A DNA stretch of 64,000 nucleotides from Candidatus Heimdallarchaeota archaeon. Lineage in GTDB: Archaea > Asgardarchaeota > Heimdallarchaeia > Heimdallarchaeales > Heimdallarchaeaceae. Made by a program: the position numbers and the translations under genes. Below, in pieces: positions 1 to 9,831 of the stretch. Each line of letters opens with the position of its first letter. The first letter of the stretch is position 1. The DNA lies in assembly GCA_030603365.1 (NCBI GenBank), contig JAUVXV010000005.1:1-64000 (forward strand), read 5' to 3'. The notes under the pieces were generated by a model. That model was not told the DNA's origin. It did no database searches and worked only from the letters and a program-made list of their open reading frames with translations.

Positions 1-484
1 ACCCCACTTGTTGGGGGATGATACGCACTTCCCTCAGTTTAGTAGCTGCTGTCAACCTAGTTTTGTAATAATACCCTACTTTCTTGGGTAACACTAGCCA
101 CCCGTTCCTTATTCTTGCTTGTTGGTTGCTGAAGATAGCCACCACCTCCCCATCTTTAGGTTTGTACCCAGGGGGACGGGGCATAGCGAAGAACAACTTG
201 GGATTCTTCTTCCACTCCTTGAGAGCTCGAAAGAACGCTTTCCAATTTCTGGATAGGAGTTTGAGGGTTTGTTGAGCTGTATGAGCTGGGAGGAGTTTGT
301 AGCACTCTTCTGGTTGAAGAAGGGTGTTGAGGTCATAATAGAACAGGAGCTTGTTCTGCTGGTTGAGGGAGGTTTTGATGAGGAAATTCGCTCGATTATA
401 GAGATTCTTTACTTGATGACAAAGCTTGCTTAACACTGGATGATAGGCCGCTTCTATACATTCCGCTCTTACTACTTGTGTCAT
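1..484 (-). mobile_element. tnpB: IS200/IS605-family TnpB (RNA-guided endonuclease, IS1341-like), N-terminal 161 codons; runs off the window start
   Basis: Open minus-strand frame from ATG at 484, absent from the ORF track: MTQVVRAECIEAAYHPVLSKLCHQVKNLYNRANFLIK...YKLLPAHTAQQTLKLLSRNWKAFFRALKEWKKNPKLFFAMPRPPGYKPKDG...FSNQQARIRNG...KTRL...LREVRIIP. The KNLYN, AQQTL, W.SF/AF, P..P.YK and EVRIIP pattern is typical of the TnpB N-terminus. GC is visibly higher than in the rest of the window. Confidence 0.88.
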
Positions 485-620
485 CAATAATTCAGTTGTA
501 TTTTCCTATAAAAGCTCCAGTAATATCTGCAGCAGTGCATACGTTCAGAGTGATTGTTAGTTCATTTAAAATGACTACATGACAAATATTTTTTATAAAT
601 GTTACAGATACTGTACTATT

Positions 621-1181
621 ATGGTAAGAGTATTAATTTTAAATGGGAGTCCTAGGAAAAAAGGAAATACTCTCTTTCTTGTTAATGAATTAGCAGATCA
701 ACTTAAAGCGAAAGACAACTATGTTAAGATTCTTCATTTGAATGATTATGATATTAAACCATGTCAAGGTTGTTTCTGGTGCTACAAAGACTTTCCACTT
801 CAGTGTATTCAAGAAGATGTTATGAATGGTCTATACCCTCATACTCTTGAAGCAGATGTTATTATTTTTGCTTCACCAATATACTGGTTTAACTATTCAG
901 CTCAGCTAAAATTATTTATTGATCGTCTGGTTGCTTTACATGTTGAAGGAGGACATTCTTTTAACGGAAAGAAATTCGCTTCAATCTTTGTTTATGGAGA
1001 TACCAATCCTCAAGGATCTGGAGTCTTTACCGCTATTAAGTCAGTAGAGCACATGATACACTATTTCCGAGGAGAAAATTTAGGCACAGTTCATGGTACA
1101 GGAGGAGATGATCTCACAGTTAAGAATAATCAGAAGATTCTTGATGAATTGGGAAAACTTACTAGGAAAATTATCTCATAA
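621..1181 (+). CDS. Flavodoxin-fold iron-sulfur flavoprotein / NADPH-dependent FMN reductase family
   Basis: GSPRKKGNT, CQGCFWC...C cluster motif, ASPIYW, LKLFIDR. Start more likely MVRVLI at 621 than 579. Confidence 0.85.
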   Translation: MVRVLILNGSPRKKGNTLFLVNELADQLKAKDNYVKILHLNDYDIKPCQGCFWCYKDFPLQCIQEDVMNGLYPHTLEADVIIFASPIYWFNYSAQLKLFIDRLVALHVEGGHSFNGKKFASIFVYGDTNPQGSGVFTAIKSVEHMIHYFRGENLGTVHGTGGDDLTVKNNQKILDELGKLTRKIIS

Positions 1182-1346
1182 CATAGCAGATTTCTTGTAC
1201 GAAACAGAACCTCTATTATGAACTGCAATCTATCAATTTATTTGTTTATGTTTGTGATGGTACTTGCTTTGAGGAAAAGAACTGTTAGAAAGATTTAGAT
1301 TAGCTGTTCTTGAGCTAAGCTTATCAGTGTTTTTAGTATTATTTCT

Positions 1347-2861
1347 ATGATTCAAATGTCTAAGCATGGTAGTTCAATTCTGTTTCTAATCATTCTAATT
1401 TCATCTACAATGGGTTCTGAAGTTGCAGTTTCTAATTCAGTTAATTTCGAAATCAAACAAATAAAAAATGGAAATGAACTTGATTTCCAACCCTCAATTA
1501 TCGAAGAAACTTACACAATACAAGCATTTGAGTCTTTTGGAAACCAAGAAGAATTTTGGACAGCAAATCTTCAAACAAATGAATGGTTTTTAGTTAGAGC
1601 AACTTTGCTAGCTGTTGGAGAAAATTGTTATATTTACATGGATAACAGAACCATTGTTTCTATGGGGCAAAGTCAGGCAATTGAAAGATGTGAGATTTTA
1701 AGTTCTGAATTCGATCGGGTTGTTTATCCCAAAAATTATGAACTTATGGGAAATCCCAATGGAACTTTGGGGGATATTGATGGAGATCCACATATTACTG
1801 TCTTTCTTGTTGAAGGAGTAGGTAGTTATTATCTACAACATAATGAATTAACAGGTTATCCTTATTCCAACAGTAGGGAAATGGTTTTTGTTTCTTCTGA
1901 GATGCAATTAATCAACACTATTGCAGTTATGTGTCATGAAACCAACCATTTGTTTCTATTCAATTATGATTTAGATGAAGCAGTTTTCTTGATTGAAGGA
2001 TTAGCTGAATTTTCAATGTACTATGCAGGTTATATGTCAAATTCTTCATTTATGCAAGGTGGAATGACACTAAATGTAACGATGTCTGCATATTATTTCT
2101 CAATTAATCCCTCAGTGTCTATGTTCTATTTTGATAAAAATTACTACTCATATTCTAGTTATGGAGTAAGTTATATATTTTGGTTCTATATAGCTGAGAA
2201 ATACGGCATACAAATCATTAAAGATCTCATCTCTATTGATGAACTTGATGGTCCAGAAGGAATAGAATATGTACTTTCTAACCATGGATATAATATCAGT
2301 TTCAATGAAGTATTTCTAGATTTTATCACAGCTTGTGCTATTGATCAAACTGGTATTTATGGTGACCTTTATGGTTTTCTTAATGCTGACTATCAAATAT
2401 CAACAAAAACAGTTTATAATTTGCCTTCTGTAGCTTCTGATATAGAACACAGATATTATTGTGTTGACATAAAAGAAATACACGAGGTTCCAGATGAGTT
2501 CTCTATAGAAATTGAAACTCCTGCTTCTCCTTGCTCCTTAGGTGTAGTGATTATTATCCATGATGAAAATGGGTGGAATGTTACCCAAACAATCCTTACT
2601 GGTGACAGTTCATCAAAACGTTTATTCTGTACTGGAAACAATATAGAAGAAGTATTTCTTGTAACTTCCATAATCAAAGAAGGCACACCCAACGCCCCTC
2701 TAATCTGGATGTCTAGTCCAATTAATACACTTGATTTCTCTTTTCTTGAAGGGCATGTGAATCCAACAATAGCTGAAACCTCTTCTCTCTTCCTATCTTT
2801 GTTACCTATTCTACTTATTATGGTAATATGCGAGAGAAAAAGAAAACTAAGAAGTAATTAA
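1347..2861 (+). CDS. Secreted, membrane-anchored zinc metallopeptidase (gluzincin, M30-like)
   Basis: Signal peptide; GDIDGDP; HETNH (HExxH) with downstream EGLAE; C-terminal TM followed by RKRK. Confidence 0.7.
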   Translation: MIQMSKHGSSILFLIILISSTMGSEVAVSNSVNFEIKQIKNGNELDFQPSIIEETYTIQAFESFGNQEEFWTANLQTNEWFLVRATLLAVGENCYIYMDNRTIVSMGQSQAIERCEILSSEFDRVVYPKNYELMGNPNGTLGDIDGDPHITVFLVEGVGSYYLQHNELTGYPYSNSREMVFVSSEMQLINTIAVMCHETNHLFLFNYDLDEAVFLIEGLAEFSMYYAGYMSNSSFMQGGMTLNVTMSAYYFSINPSVSMFYFDKNYYSYSSYGVSYIFWFYIAEKYGIQIIKDLISIDELDGPEGIEYVLSNHGYNISFNEVFLDFITACAIDQTGIYGDLYGFLNADYQISTKTVYNLPSVASDIEHRYYCVDIKEIHEVPDEFSIEIETPASPCSLGVVIIIHDENGWNVTQTILTGDSSSKRLFCTGNNIEEVFLVTSIIKEGTPNAPLIWMSSPINTLDFSFLEGHVNPTIAETSSLFLSLLPILLIMVICERKRKLRSN

Positions 2862-2873
2862 GAGAAAAAAAAG

Positions 2874-2900
2874 AAAAAGAAAGAAGTCTTCTTCTTCTTT
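2874..2900. terminator. Purine/pyrimidine inverted repeat between convergent genes (candidate terminator)
   Basis: aagaaagaag-tctt-cttcttcttt with a flanking A-run, between the stops at 2861 and 2899. Confidence 0.4.
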
Positions 2901-3411
2901 ATAGATATATCTTGATTTCTCCTATTAATGTTGTCCATTCTGGTATCTCTGAAGGGAAGAATTGTCCAGTTACTTTGATATTATAGTCTCCAAGTGTTCC
3001 ACGGGCAACATATTCACCATATACAGCCCAACTGAACTTCATAACTGATGAGCCAGCCCATTCTATAATCAAACCTTCGAATCCTGGGAGCATACAAATA
3101 CCTAAGAAGTAATTTGTTCCTGTACCTCCACCCTTACCTGTTATTAACGAAAATTGAAAAGTGTTAGCTGTGGTGATTAATGGTTGAAGATGAATTAAAT
3201 CTTCTCCTTGAATGTCAAATTCCCAAACAACATTTTTCCAATGCAACACCATATCTTCATCGATCCACTCTTTACCTACAACCATAGATGTTGCTTGTTC
3301 TAGTACTTCGAAAGTAATTACTTAATATTTTGCTTCAGCGGTATAAGCAGAAATCATTAAACATCCTGCCAATAAGAAAAATCCAAGAATTGCTGTTTTC
3401 TTTGTTTTCAT
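2899..3411 (-). pseudogene. Small secreted beta-rich protein interrupted by an in-frame TAA at 3322-3324
   Basis: ATG 3411 gives signal peptide MKTKKTAILGFFLLAGCLMISAYTAEAKY*, then continues in the same frame VITFEVLEQATS into the listed ORF 2899..3285. Similar in layout to 55905..56402. Confidence 0.7.
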
Positions 3412-3560
3412 TCTTATTACCTTTCCTTTTTGATAAACTCCAAAGAATTTATTCAATAATTAATTCTACAATTTATATAAAAAAATTATATGTGCCTAAA
3501 TAAATCACTACATAGTTGTTTCTGCTCTCTTAAAAGCTGCTTATCTGTTGCCTTATAAGT

Positions 3561-4448
3561 TCAATGGTACTCATCATCAATTGCAAAGGAATAATCTTCA
3601 GGGGGTTCTTTTTTCTTAACTTTGCGTATTTTCTTTGCATATTTTAAGAACTCTGAATATCTCTCTATTGTTTGTTCATCAGTTACTTCTTCCCAATCTG
3701 TTTCCGTCATAATCTGTCTAATTTCATTAACAAGAATATCAATATCATCTGCAGGTAATTCAGAAGCTAATTTTTTAGCAAGCGTAATATTCGCTGAATC
3801 AACTCCTGGGATATCGTATCTATCAGGATCATTTTCCCATGCTTCAAAAGAAGGAGCAAGTTCTTCAGTTGATAATAGATCGATTATTCTATCTACTGTG
3901 AATGGAAGCAATTCTTTGAATTTCTTGTAAGCTTTAGCATATTTAGTTGAATATTCTACGTTTATCTGGAAATAATCATCAGTTGGAAATAATTGCATTA
4001 TACTTCTAATTTGGAAAATTCCTACTGGAAATTCAAATTCAAGGAATTTAGCTCTATATGGGTCATCCTCAAAAGGAATTAGTTTGATTCCTAACAGTTT
4101 TTCTCTAATAGTTAGTTTCCACAATCTAGTAACAGCTTTGCGTTGAAATGCACCAGATAAAGATTCTTCCTCATTAAAAACATGGATTATTGGTAGTTTT
4201 CTTCTTGTAGCCCCACTATACAATTTTCTAAAAACTGCTGTGCTGATTTCACTTCCTTTTTCTTTGAAGTTTTTGGAAAGAAATCTCACTTCATCATTTT
4301 TATCTTCTAACTCCCATTCCAAACCTTCAACAATGTTAATAATATGAATGGTAACTCTGCTACTATCCTCTATACCTAGTACATTTTCCAATATGAACCG
4401 AAAGTTATTTTCCGAGTCATCATTCATAAAATATAGAATCAGTTGCAT
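3561..4448 (-). CDS. Hypothetical cytoplasmic protein
   Basis: 295-aa ORF with host-like composition, co-oriented with upstream genes; no recognised motif. Confidence 0.6.
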   Translation of the reverse strand: MQLILYFMNDDSENNFRFILENVLGIEDSSRVTIHIINIVEGLEWELEDKNDEVRFLSKNFKEKGSEISTAVFRKLYSGATRRKLPIIHVFNEEESLSGAFQRKAVTRLWKLTIREKLLGIKLIPFEDDPYRAKFLEFEFPVGIFQIRSIMQLFPTDDYFQINVEYSTKYAKAYKKFKELLPFTVDRIIDLLSTEELAPSFEAWENDPDRYDIPGVDSANITLAKKLASELPADDIDILVNEIRQIMTETDWEEVTDEQTIERYSEFLKYAKKIRKVKKKEPPEDYSFAIDDEYH

Positions 4449-4474
4449 TTTTTAAATATAACTGCAAAAAAAAC

Positions 4475-5842
4475 CTATTTTTCCTCTATTTTCTCAAATA
4501 AATGCAACTGTCCGAGTAACCATTCATGATATCTTTTACTATTATACTTCTTTGGCATTTTTTTGTAATGTGCAAAAATTCTATTAGACTTCATGATAGC
4601 TTTACCCACTTTTAACATGAGTTTAATTCTTGATATACCTTTGAAAGCAGTGAGTAGTATTCTCAATAATCCTATTCTAGTATACTTAGCATGAATAATA
4701 TTCTCGAAATCCTGCTTTGTTAAAATCTCCTTTTTTACTAAATATGAAATCTCTTCCTCATCAAATCTAAGAAACAGCCTTCTCATCATGTCAAGTGCAG
4801 CATGGTTTCTTCCTCGCTCTTTGATATATCGAACTTGATATTCCCAAAGACTATCAATAGATACTTCCTTTTTAAGTAATGATTCAACAGTTACTTCTGC
4901 TGCAATCTTAGCAGCAATCATTGCTGATCCAACACCACAACCAGTTGTTGGAATAACTTGACATGCTGCTTCTCCTACTGCTAGAAACCCATACCAAACC
5001 ATAGTTGTAGGTCTTCTAATTATTATCTCCCCTCCTCCCCCTCTCACTTTGTCATTATCAATATTATTTCTTGAATTCACAAAATCATTTACTATTGCTT
5101 TGGGAGAACGATCTGAAAATCCTTTTCCTACACCTGCTCCAATATCAAGGTGATTATCATCTTCAAAATTCAACCAACTAAATCCTTTCTCATAACCATA
5201 CCTGTAATATAGGACTTTTTTACTAATTTCATGATTTTGCCAGTCTAAATTACCATCAGATATTTTGTGGAGTTCTCTGTGTGCTTTAATATAGTCTTCT
5301 TTATCCAAATTAACGTTTAAATCTAAGATTTCAATATTCTTGGTTAGAATTCTTTCTTTACCTGAACAGTCAATAATTAACCTAGCATCCTCTATACTTC
5401 CATCTTTTTTCTTCACACCTACAACCCATTGACCTCTCCCCATAGGTTCTATTATCTCTGTTTCAAACTGAAACTCCGCACCTGCTTTTTCAGCTAATTC
5501 ATATAATCTTTCTTGGAAGAGTTTCCTGTCAACTATCCAATAATTGTAGTACTTTAAGTGAACAATACTTTCAAGATTAGGAGATAGAATAGCTAAATGG
5601 TTTCTGTCTTTTTTTCTCTCTTTACCCTTGGGAGGTGGAATTCCAGCATAAGAAAAAGCTTCTTTCTCAATTGAATCACACCAATCATGACCTACATTCT
5701 TTCTAGAACGTCTTTCAAATACCTTAACTTTGAGATTAGCATTGGATAAATGAAAAGCTAAAACGCAACCAGCTATTCCTCCTCCAACGATTATTACATC
5801 TATTGACTTCTTCTTTTTCTTAGACATTAGAATGATTATCAC
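4475..5842 (-). CDS. Geranylgeranyl reductase-family FAD oxidoreductase (DGGGPL reductase-like)
   Basis: DVIIVGGGIAG Rossmann motif, IIDCSG, VGEAACQVIPTTGCG. Confidence 0.8.
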   Translation of the reverse strand: MIIILMSKKKKKSIDVIIVGGGIAGCVLAFHLSNANLKVKVFERRSRKNVGHDWCDSIEKEAFSYAGIPPPKGKERKKDRNHLAILSPNLESIVHLKYYNYWIVDRKLFQERLYELAEKAGAEFQFETEIIEPMGRGQWVVGVKKKDGSIEDARLIIDCSGKERILTKNIEILDLNVNLDKEDYIKAHRELHKISDGNLDWQNHEISKKVLYYRYGYEKGFSWLNFEDDNHLDIGAGVGKGFSDRSPKAIVNDFVNSRNNIDNDKVRGGGGEIIIRRPTTMVWYGFLAVGEAACQVIPTTGCGVGSAMIAAKIAAEVTVESLLKKEVSIDSLWEYQVRYIKERGRNHAALDMMRRLFLRFDEEEISYLVKKEILTKQDFENIIHAKYTRIGLLRILLTAFKGISRIKLMLKVGKAIMKSNRIFAHYKKMPKKYNSKRYHEWLLGQLHLFEKIEEK

Positions 5843-5890
5843 TTACGTATTTTTTAGTTTTATCCAAGAAAAGAGAAGGATGAGAAAGAT

Positions 5891-6559
5891 TTATCCCCAA
5901 ATTATTTCAAGTAAATATGTTAATCCAGCAACTAGTAATGCGGCAGGTATGATTTTCAAAGCATAGAGTAATTTATTTTCTTTGGAGACTGCTCCTAGAA
6001 AAATACCTAACACTATTACTTCTACTCCAACTACACAAAATGAAATAATATATGCTGCCATTATTGATAATCCTGTCATTACAAAGAAGAATGGAAAAAT
6101 TGCTAAAAGTGAAAACATAAATGGTGAAATACCGTCAACTGCTGCGATAACAAGTGAAGTCCAGAAATTTGCTTTGGTGATTTTTGTATTGTTTAGATCA
6201 GTGACCATTATTTCTTCAAGTTCTTTTCTTTCCTTAGTCCTCTCGGCTCTTTCTGTTAAATATGCAATCCAGAAACCTGAAACACCCATTGCAATACTTG
6301 CACCTAATCCAGCTGAAATGAGTAATTTAGCACTTTCAGCACTCTCTACAGGATCAAGAATAAAACCTGTAATAACTAAAGAACCTAATATGATGCCTAG
6401 GGCAGTAAGAGCTCCATCAAAACCGTTCATTACAAAATATCTGCGTAAAATATTTTCTCCCTTGGTCAGAGATAAAATTTGTCTGATTTCGCGAATCTTC
6501 TTCAATTTTGTATTCCCTAATATTTTATAAAAAACCTTCTTATTGATGGATATAAACAT
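5891..6559 (-). CDS. VIT1/CCC1-like membrane transporter (archaeal TIGR00267-type)
   Basis: RRYFVMNGFDGALT, AMGVSG...AYLTERAER, about 5 TM helices. Confidence 0.8.
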   Translation of the reverse strand: MFISINKKVFYKILGNTKLKKIREIRQILSLTKGENILRRYFVMNGFDGALTALGIILGSLVITGFILDPVESAESAKLLISAGLGASIAMGVSGFWIAYLTERAERTKERKELEEIMVTDLNNTKITKANFWTSLVIAAVDGISPFMFSLLAIFPFFFVMTGLSIMAAYIISFCVVGVEVIVLGIFLGAVSKENKLLYALKIIPAALLVAGLTYLLEIIWG

Positions 6560-6669
6560 TTTGTTGCAATATTCCTAGAAGTTATAAACATTGAAACTTT
6601 CGATAATATTACTTTTACACTTTTAAGCTACTCTCCAAAAGTGTTTTAAAACTAGTTTTACAATCATTA

Positions 6670-8007
6670 TTGGAGGAGCTCTCAATGCAAGTTTTTTTTG
6701 ACAAAACCTTAGAGAAAGAATTCGAGAAAATTTACTCAAAATTCAAATTTATTGAGCTTAAAGCCGACGAAGCTTACACTCAAGATTTAGAATTTCTTAC
6801 TAAACGACTCCAAGTTTTCGAACCCTGTCCATCTATCTGCAAAAAAGATGATTTTAATTCTACTGCAATCGATGGATCTGGTGCAGAAGGTATTATCTCT
6901 CTCAATGATATTTCAATACATCTTCTTACTGCAGCTTTTGCAGCGGATAAAACCCATTTTGAGATGGGTACTACAAAGAAACTTAATGTTTCTCCTCCTG
7001 TTTGTACTCACCCAGAAGGAATAACTAGATTGATTCTTTTGAGAGAAGATAAGAAAGAAGAGGTTTGGAAGGAATTTCTAGATTTTATATTGTATAATTA
7101 CAATGACAGTTTACAAGATGTTGTTACTAGGGTTCTCAGAGATATTGTTGAAACAGCATTCAAAGAAAAGAAACCAAATGATCCAGTTCCCAAACTAACT
7201 ACTGAGGCTAATATTAGAATGGTGGCTACTCTCATAGGATTAAAACTCCATAAAGGTGATTTCAAAAACTTCTCTTCATGGATGGTTTCTCCTCGAGCTA
7301 ATGCTCCCAGAGGATGGTTTGAACAATTTAGAGAAGTTCTAGAATACTCAGTTGCGAAAGCTCTTATTGATTCTGATGTTCATTTTAAGTACATCTTTAT
7401 TGATGGTTCAATGAATATGTTAATGGATCCAGGTCAGAAACAACCTCGCTTGGCATCAAATTACTTACTTCGAGATATCAATCAAAGAGCTCTAAAAAAT
7501 GAATCTTGCGTTGTAGCGGTAAGCAAAACAACTACTTTCCCATTTATTTACAGACTTGCTATTGATTTAGAGAAAAAACTTGGAATGGAGAAAAAGTGGT
7601 TTATTAGAATACCTACAAAATCACGAGATAATATTGTCTTGAATATCTTGAAAGACCGACCTCATATCCCTCCAGCTTATGGTGTAACTTATCTTTTCCA
7701 CTTCTCATCAGAAGTACCTATTTTGCGTATTGATTTGGATGAAAAATGGTGGAAGGAGAATATATTTTCAAAAGATAAGAAGAAAGAAGGGGAGAATGAA
7801 GTCAATCTCTTTAAAGATATTGACTGGTTAGCACGAGATGTAAGATATTATGGTTATTTCTTTGATTTAGCGTTTGCGCATAATACTACCATCGTTCGTT
7901 TTCCAGAACGAGATGATGTAGCAGAAAGATTAATTGATTACTTTACAGAGAAAGGGGAAAACCCCAAAATGTTTATACATCCAAGAAGAAGATTAGGATT
8001 AATGTGA
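6670..8007 (+). CDS. nurA: NurA 5'-3' nuclease
   Basis: AIDGS and FIDGS acidic motifs, AVSK, C-terminal GY...LAFAH; first gene of the herA-mre11-rad50 cluster. Confidence 0.85.
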   Translation: MEELSMQVFFDKTLEKEFEKIYSKFKFIELKADEAYTQDLEFLTKRLQVFEPCPSICKKDDFNSTAIDGSGAEGIISLNDISIHLLTAAFAADKTHFEMGTTKKLNVSPPVCTHPEGITRLILLREDKKEEVWKEFLDFILYNYNDSLQDVVTRVLRDIVETAFKEKKPNDPVPKLTTEANIRMVATLIGLKLHKGDFKNFSSWMVSPRANAPRGWFEQFREVLEYSVAKALIDSDVHFKYIFIDGSMNMLMDPGQKQPRLASNYLLRDINQRALKNESCVVAVSKTTTFPFIYRLAIDLEKKLGMEKKWFIRIPTKSRDNIVLNILKDRPHIPPAYGVTYLFHFSSEVPILRIDLDEKWWKENIFSKDKKKEGENEVNLFKDIDWLARDVRYYGYFFDLAFAHNTTIVRFPERDDVAERLIDYFTEKGENPKMFIHPRRRLGLM

Positions 8008-8011
8008 AAAG

Positions 8012-9820
8012 GTGAAAAGAGTGGAATTAGAGTTACCAGAACCAATTGGTGTTTTAGCAGAAGGTGATATTTCAACCTTAGATGTTGTTTGTTCAGATAT
8101 TAGATTTCAGATAGGTGAAATTCTTATAATTAAGCATCCTAGTGAATTCCGTTATTTCTTATTTCGAGTGATGAATTATCAAAACATTTTACGTAGTATT
8201 CGAGATATGACCGATTTAGCTGCCAATTTCTTAAAAAATCGTGAAGCATATATTGCTCGAGTTGAATCAGATAAATTGGTTAAAGTTCATGGATTATTAA
8301 TGGGTTACAGTGAATATGACTCAGATAGAAGTCAATGGGTATTCAAGAAACCTAGAATCTTACCTCCCCATTTTTCAGAAGTATACCGGGGTGCTGAATG
8401 TCAAGATGCATTAACAATGTTATTGCAGGATGAAATTGGAAAAGATATAGAAGTTGGGAAGTTGTTAGTAGGAACAACTAGTATGGAAATTCCGATTAAA
8501 ATTAATTTAGAATCTCTTCCTATGCATGTTCAAGTGGCTGGAACAACAGGAGCAGGAAAATCCTTTTTTATGCTGACTTTTATCACTTCAGCTCTTAAAT
8601 CAAATTTAACCAATTGGGCAAAAAATGAGGATATGAAAAACAAAGTATCTGTGTTTATGGTAGATGTACATGATGAATATATGAGAGGGTTACCATTCCA
8701 AGATAAAAGAAAAGGAATCATGGATGTTTCAAATTCTGTTTTGAAAGGAGGAAACGACCAGTATGATGCCCTTTTTGGAGATAAATTTTATCTAACTAGA
8801 GATTTGGAAGCTATTCCAACTGAAATGCAGAAAATTGCTAAAGCTATTCGTTTTAGAAGAGAAGATCTTTTTGTTAGTGATATCACTTCAGTTATGAAAG
8901 TGTCTGATCAAATGCTCGGTTTTATGAATCGAGCTCGAGGAATTGAGAAAGATTGGATTACAAAAATTGAAATTCTAGATGATAGCGAAACACTGGGATT
9001 TGCACCTGGTACAGTAAGTGCTGTGAAAAGACGGCTTTATCCTATTATCAACTCACCTATTTTTACACAGGATGAATTTAGTGATTTAGCGGAAATAGTC
9101 TATAATCTTGAGCAAGGTCATTTTTACAATTTCAGTACAGCTCTTCTTTCTTCAAATGAGCAATTTGTTGTAATCACTATGGTTGCAAGAACGCTTTTTG
9201 CTTTACGTCAAGCATTGATGTCTTCAACTAAATGGAGTCAATTCAAAGAACAAGTATATGCAAAACTCCCACCCAAAATTGCAAAAGAATTACTTGGAGA
9301 AACTGCTAACAGTAAATATTCAATTAAGGATCTTTATGTAGTTGGAAAAGATAAAATGAAAACTGTTGATAAGCTTCCAATTGTTATGATAACTGTGGAA
9401 GAAGCCCCCAGTATACTAGGAGCACAAATGTCCAAAGAAGGAAATGTTTTCATTGATATCTCAAGACAAGGAAGGAAATTCAGATTAGGATTATTACTTA
9501 TTACTCAAAATATATCTGCAATGGAGCCACTTATTCTAGCTAATACAAACACAGAACTGAATATGATGTTAGGTAATGAGATTGAGATTAGGCAAGCTAT
9601 CATTAATGCGAGTAACAATATTGCAGGTTATGAGAATGAATTCAAGGTTTTAAGCAGAGGAGAAGCAATTTTAACTAATTCTCTAAGAAATGTACCTCTT
9701 CCTGTCAAAGTTAGTAATGTTCCTTTGTATATAGAAAAGGAATTACCCTTCTTTGAAAAACCATTCGAGAAGTTAAAGATTAAGAAGACGAGAATACAGT
9801 CTACAGAAGTTCCAATTTAA
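8012..9820 (+). CDS. herA: HerA/FtsK-family DNA translocase ATPase
   Basis: N-terminal barrel region, Walker A GTTGAGKS, VDVHDEY, VEEA, RQGRKFRLGLLLITQ. Confidence 0.9.
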   Translation: MKRVELELPEPIGVLAEGDISTLDVVCSDIRFQIGEILIIKHPSEFRYFLFRVMNYQNILRSIRDMTDLAANFLKNREAYIARVESDKLVKVHGLLMGYSEYDSDRSQWVFKKPRILPPHFSEVYRGAECQDALTMLLQDEIGKDIEVGKLLVGTTSMEIPIKINLESLPMHVQVAGTTGAGKSFFMLTFITSALKSNLTNWAKNEDMKNKVSVFMVDVHDEYMRGLPFQDKRKGIMDVSNSVLKGGNDQYDALFGDKFYLTRDLEAIPTEMQKIAKAIRFRREDLFVSDITSVMKVSDQMLGFMNRARGIEKDWITKIEILDDSETLGFAPGTVSAVKRRLYPIINSPIFTQDEFSDLAEIVYNLEQGHFYNFSTALLSSNEQFVVITMVARTLFALRQALMSSTKWSQFKEQVYAKLPPKIAKELLGETANSKYSIKDLYVVGKDKMKTVDKLPIVMITVEEAPSILGAQMSKEGNVFIDISRQGRKFRLGLLLITQNISAMEPLILANTNTELNMMLGNEIEIRQAIINASNNIAGYENEFKVLSRGEAILTNSLRNVPLPVKVSNVPLYIEKELPFFEKPFEKLKIKKTRIQSTEVPI

Positions 9821-9831
9821 ATGGTGAATTT

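Noticed and set aside
84-336. ORFs 84..275(+) and 109..336(-)
   Set aside because: Shadow frames of the TnpB coding sequence.
1182-1346. Intergenic hairpin ttagct-N7-agctaa near 1300-1318 as an ncRNA or IS end
   Set aside because: A single short AT-rich stem is expected by chance, and there is no further support.
3322-3324. Stop-codon recoding (Sec/Pyl)
   Set aside because: The codon is TAA, not TGA or TAG, and TAA is a normal stop throughout the window.
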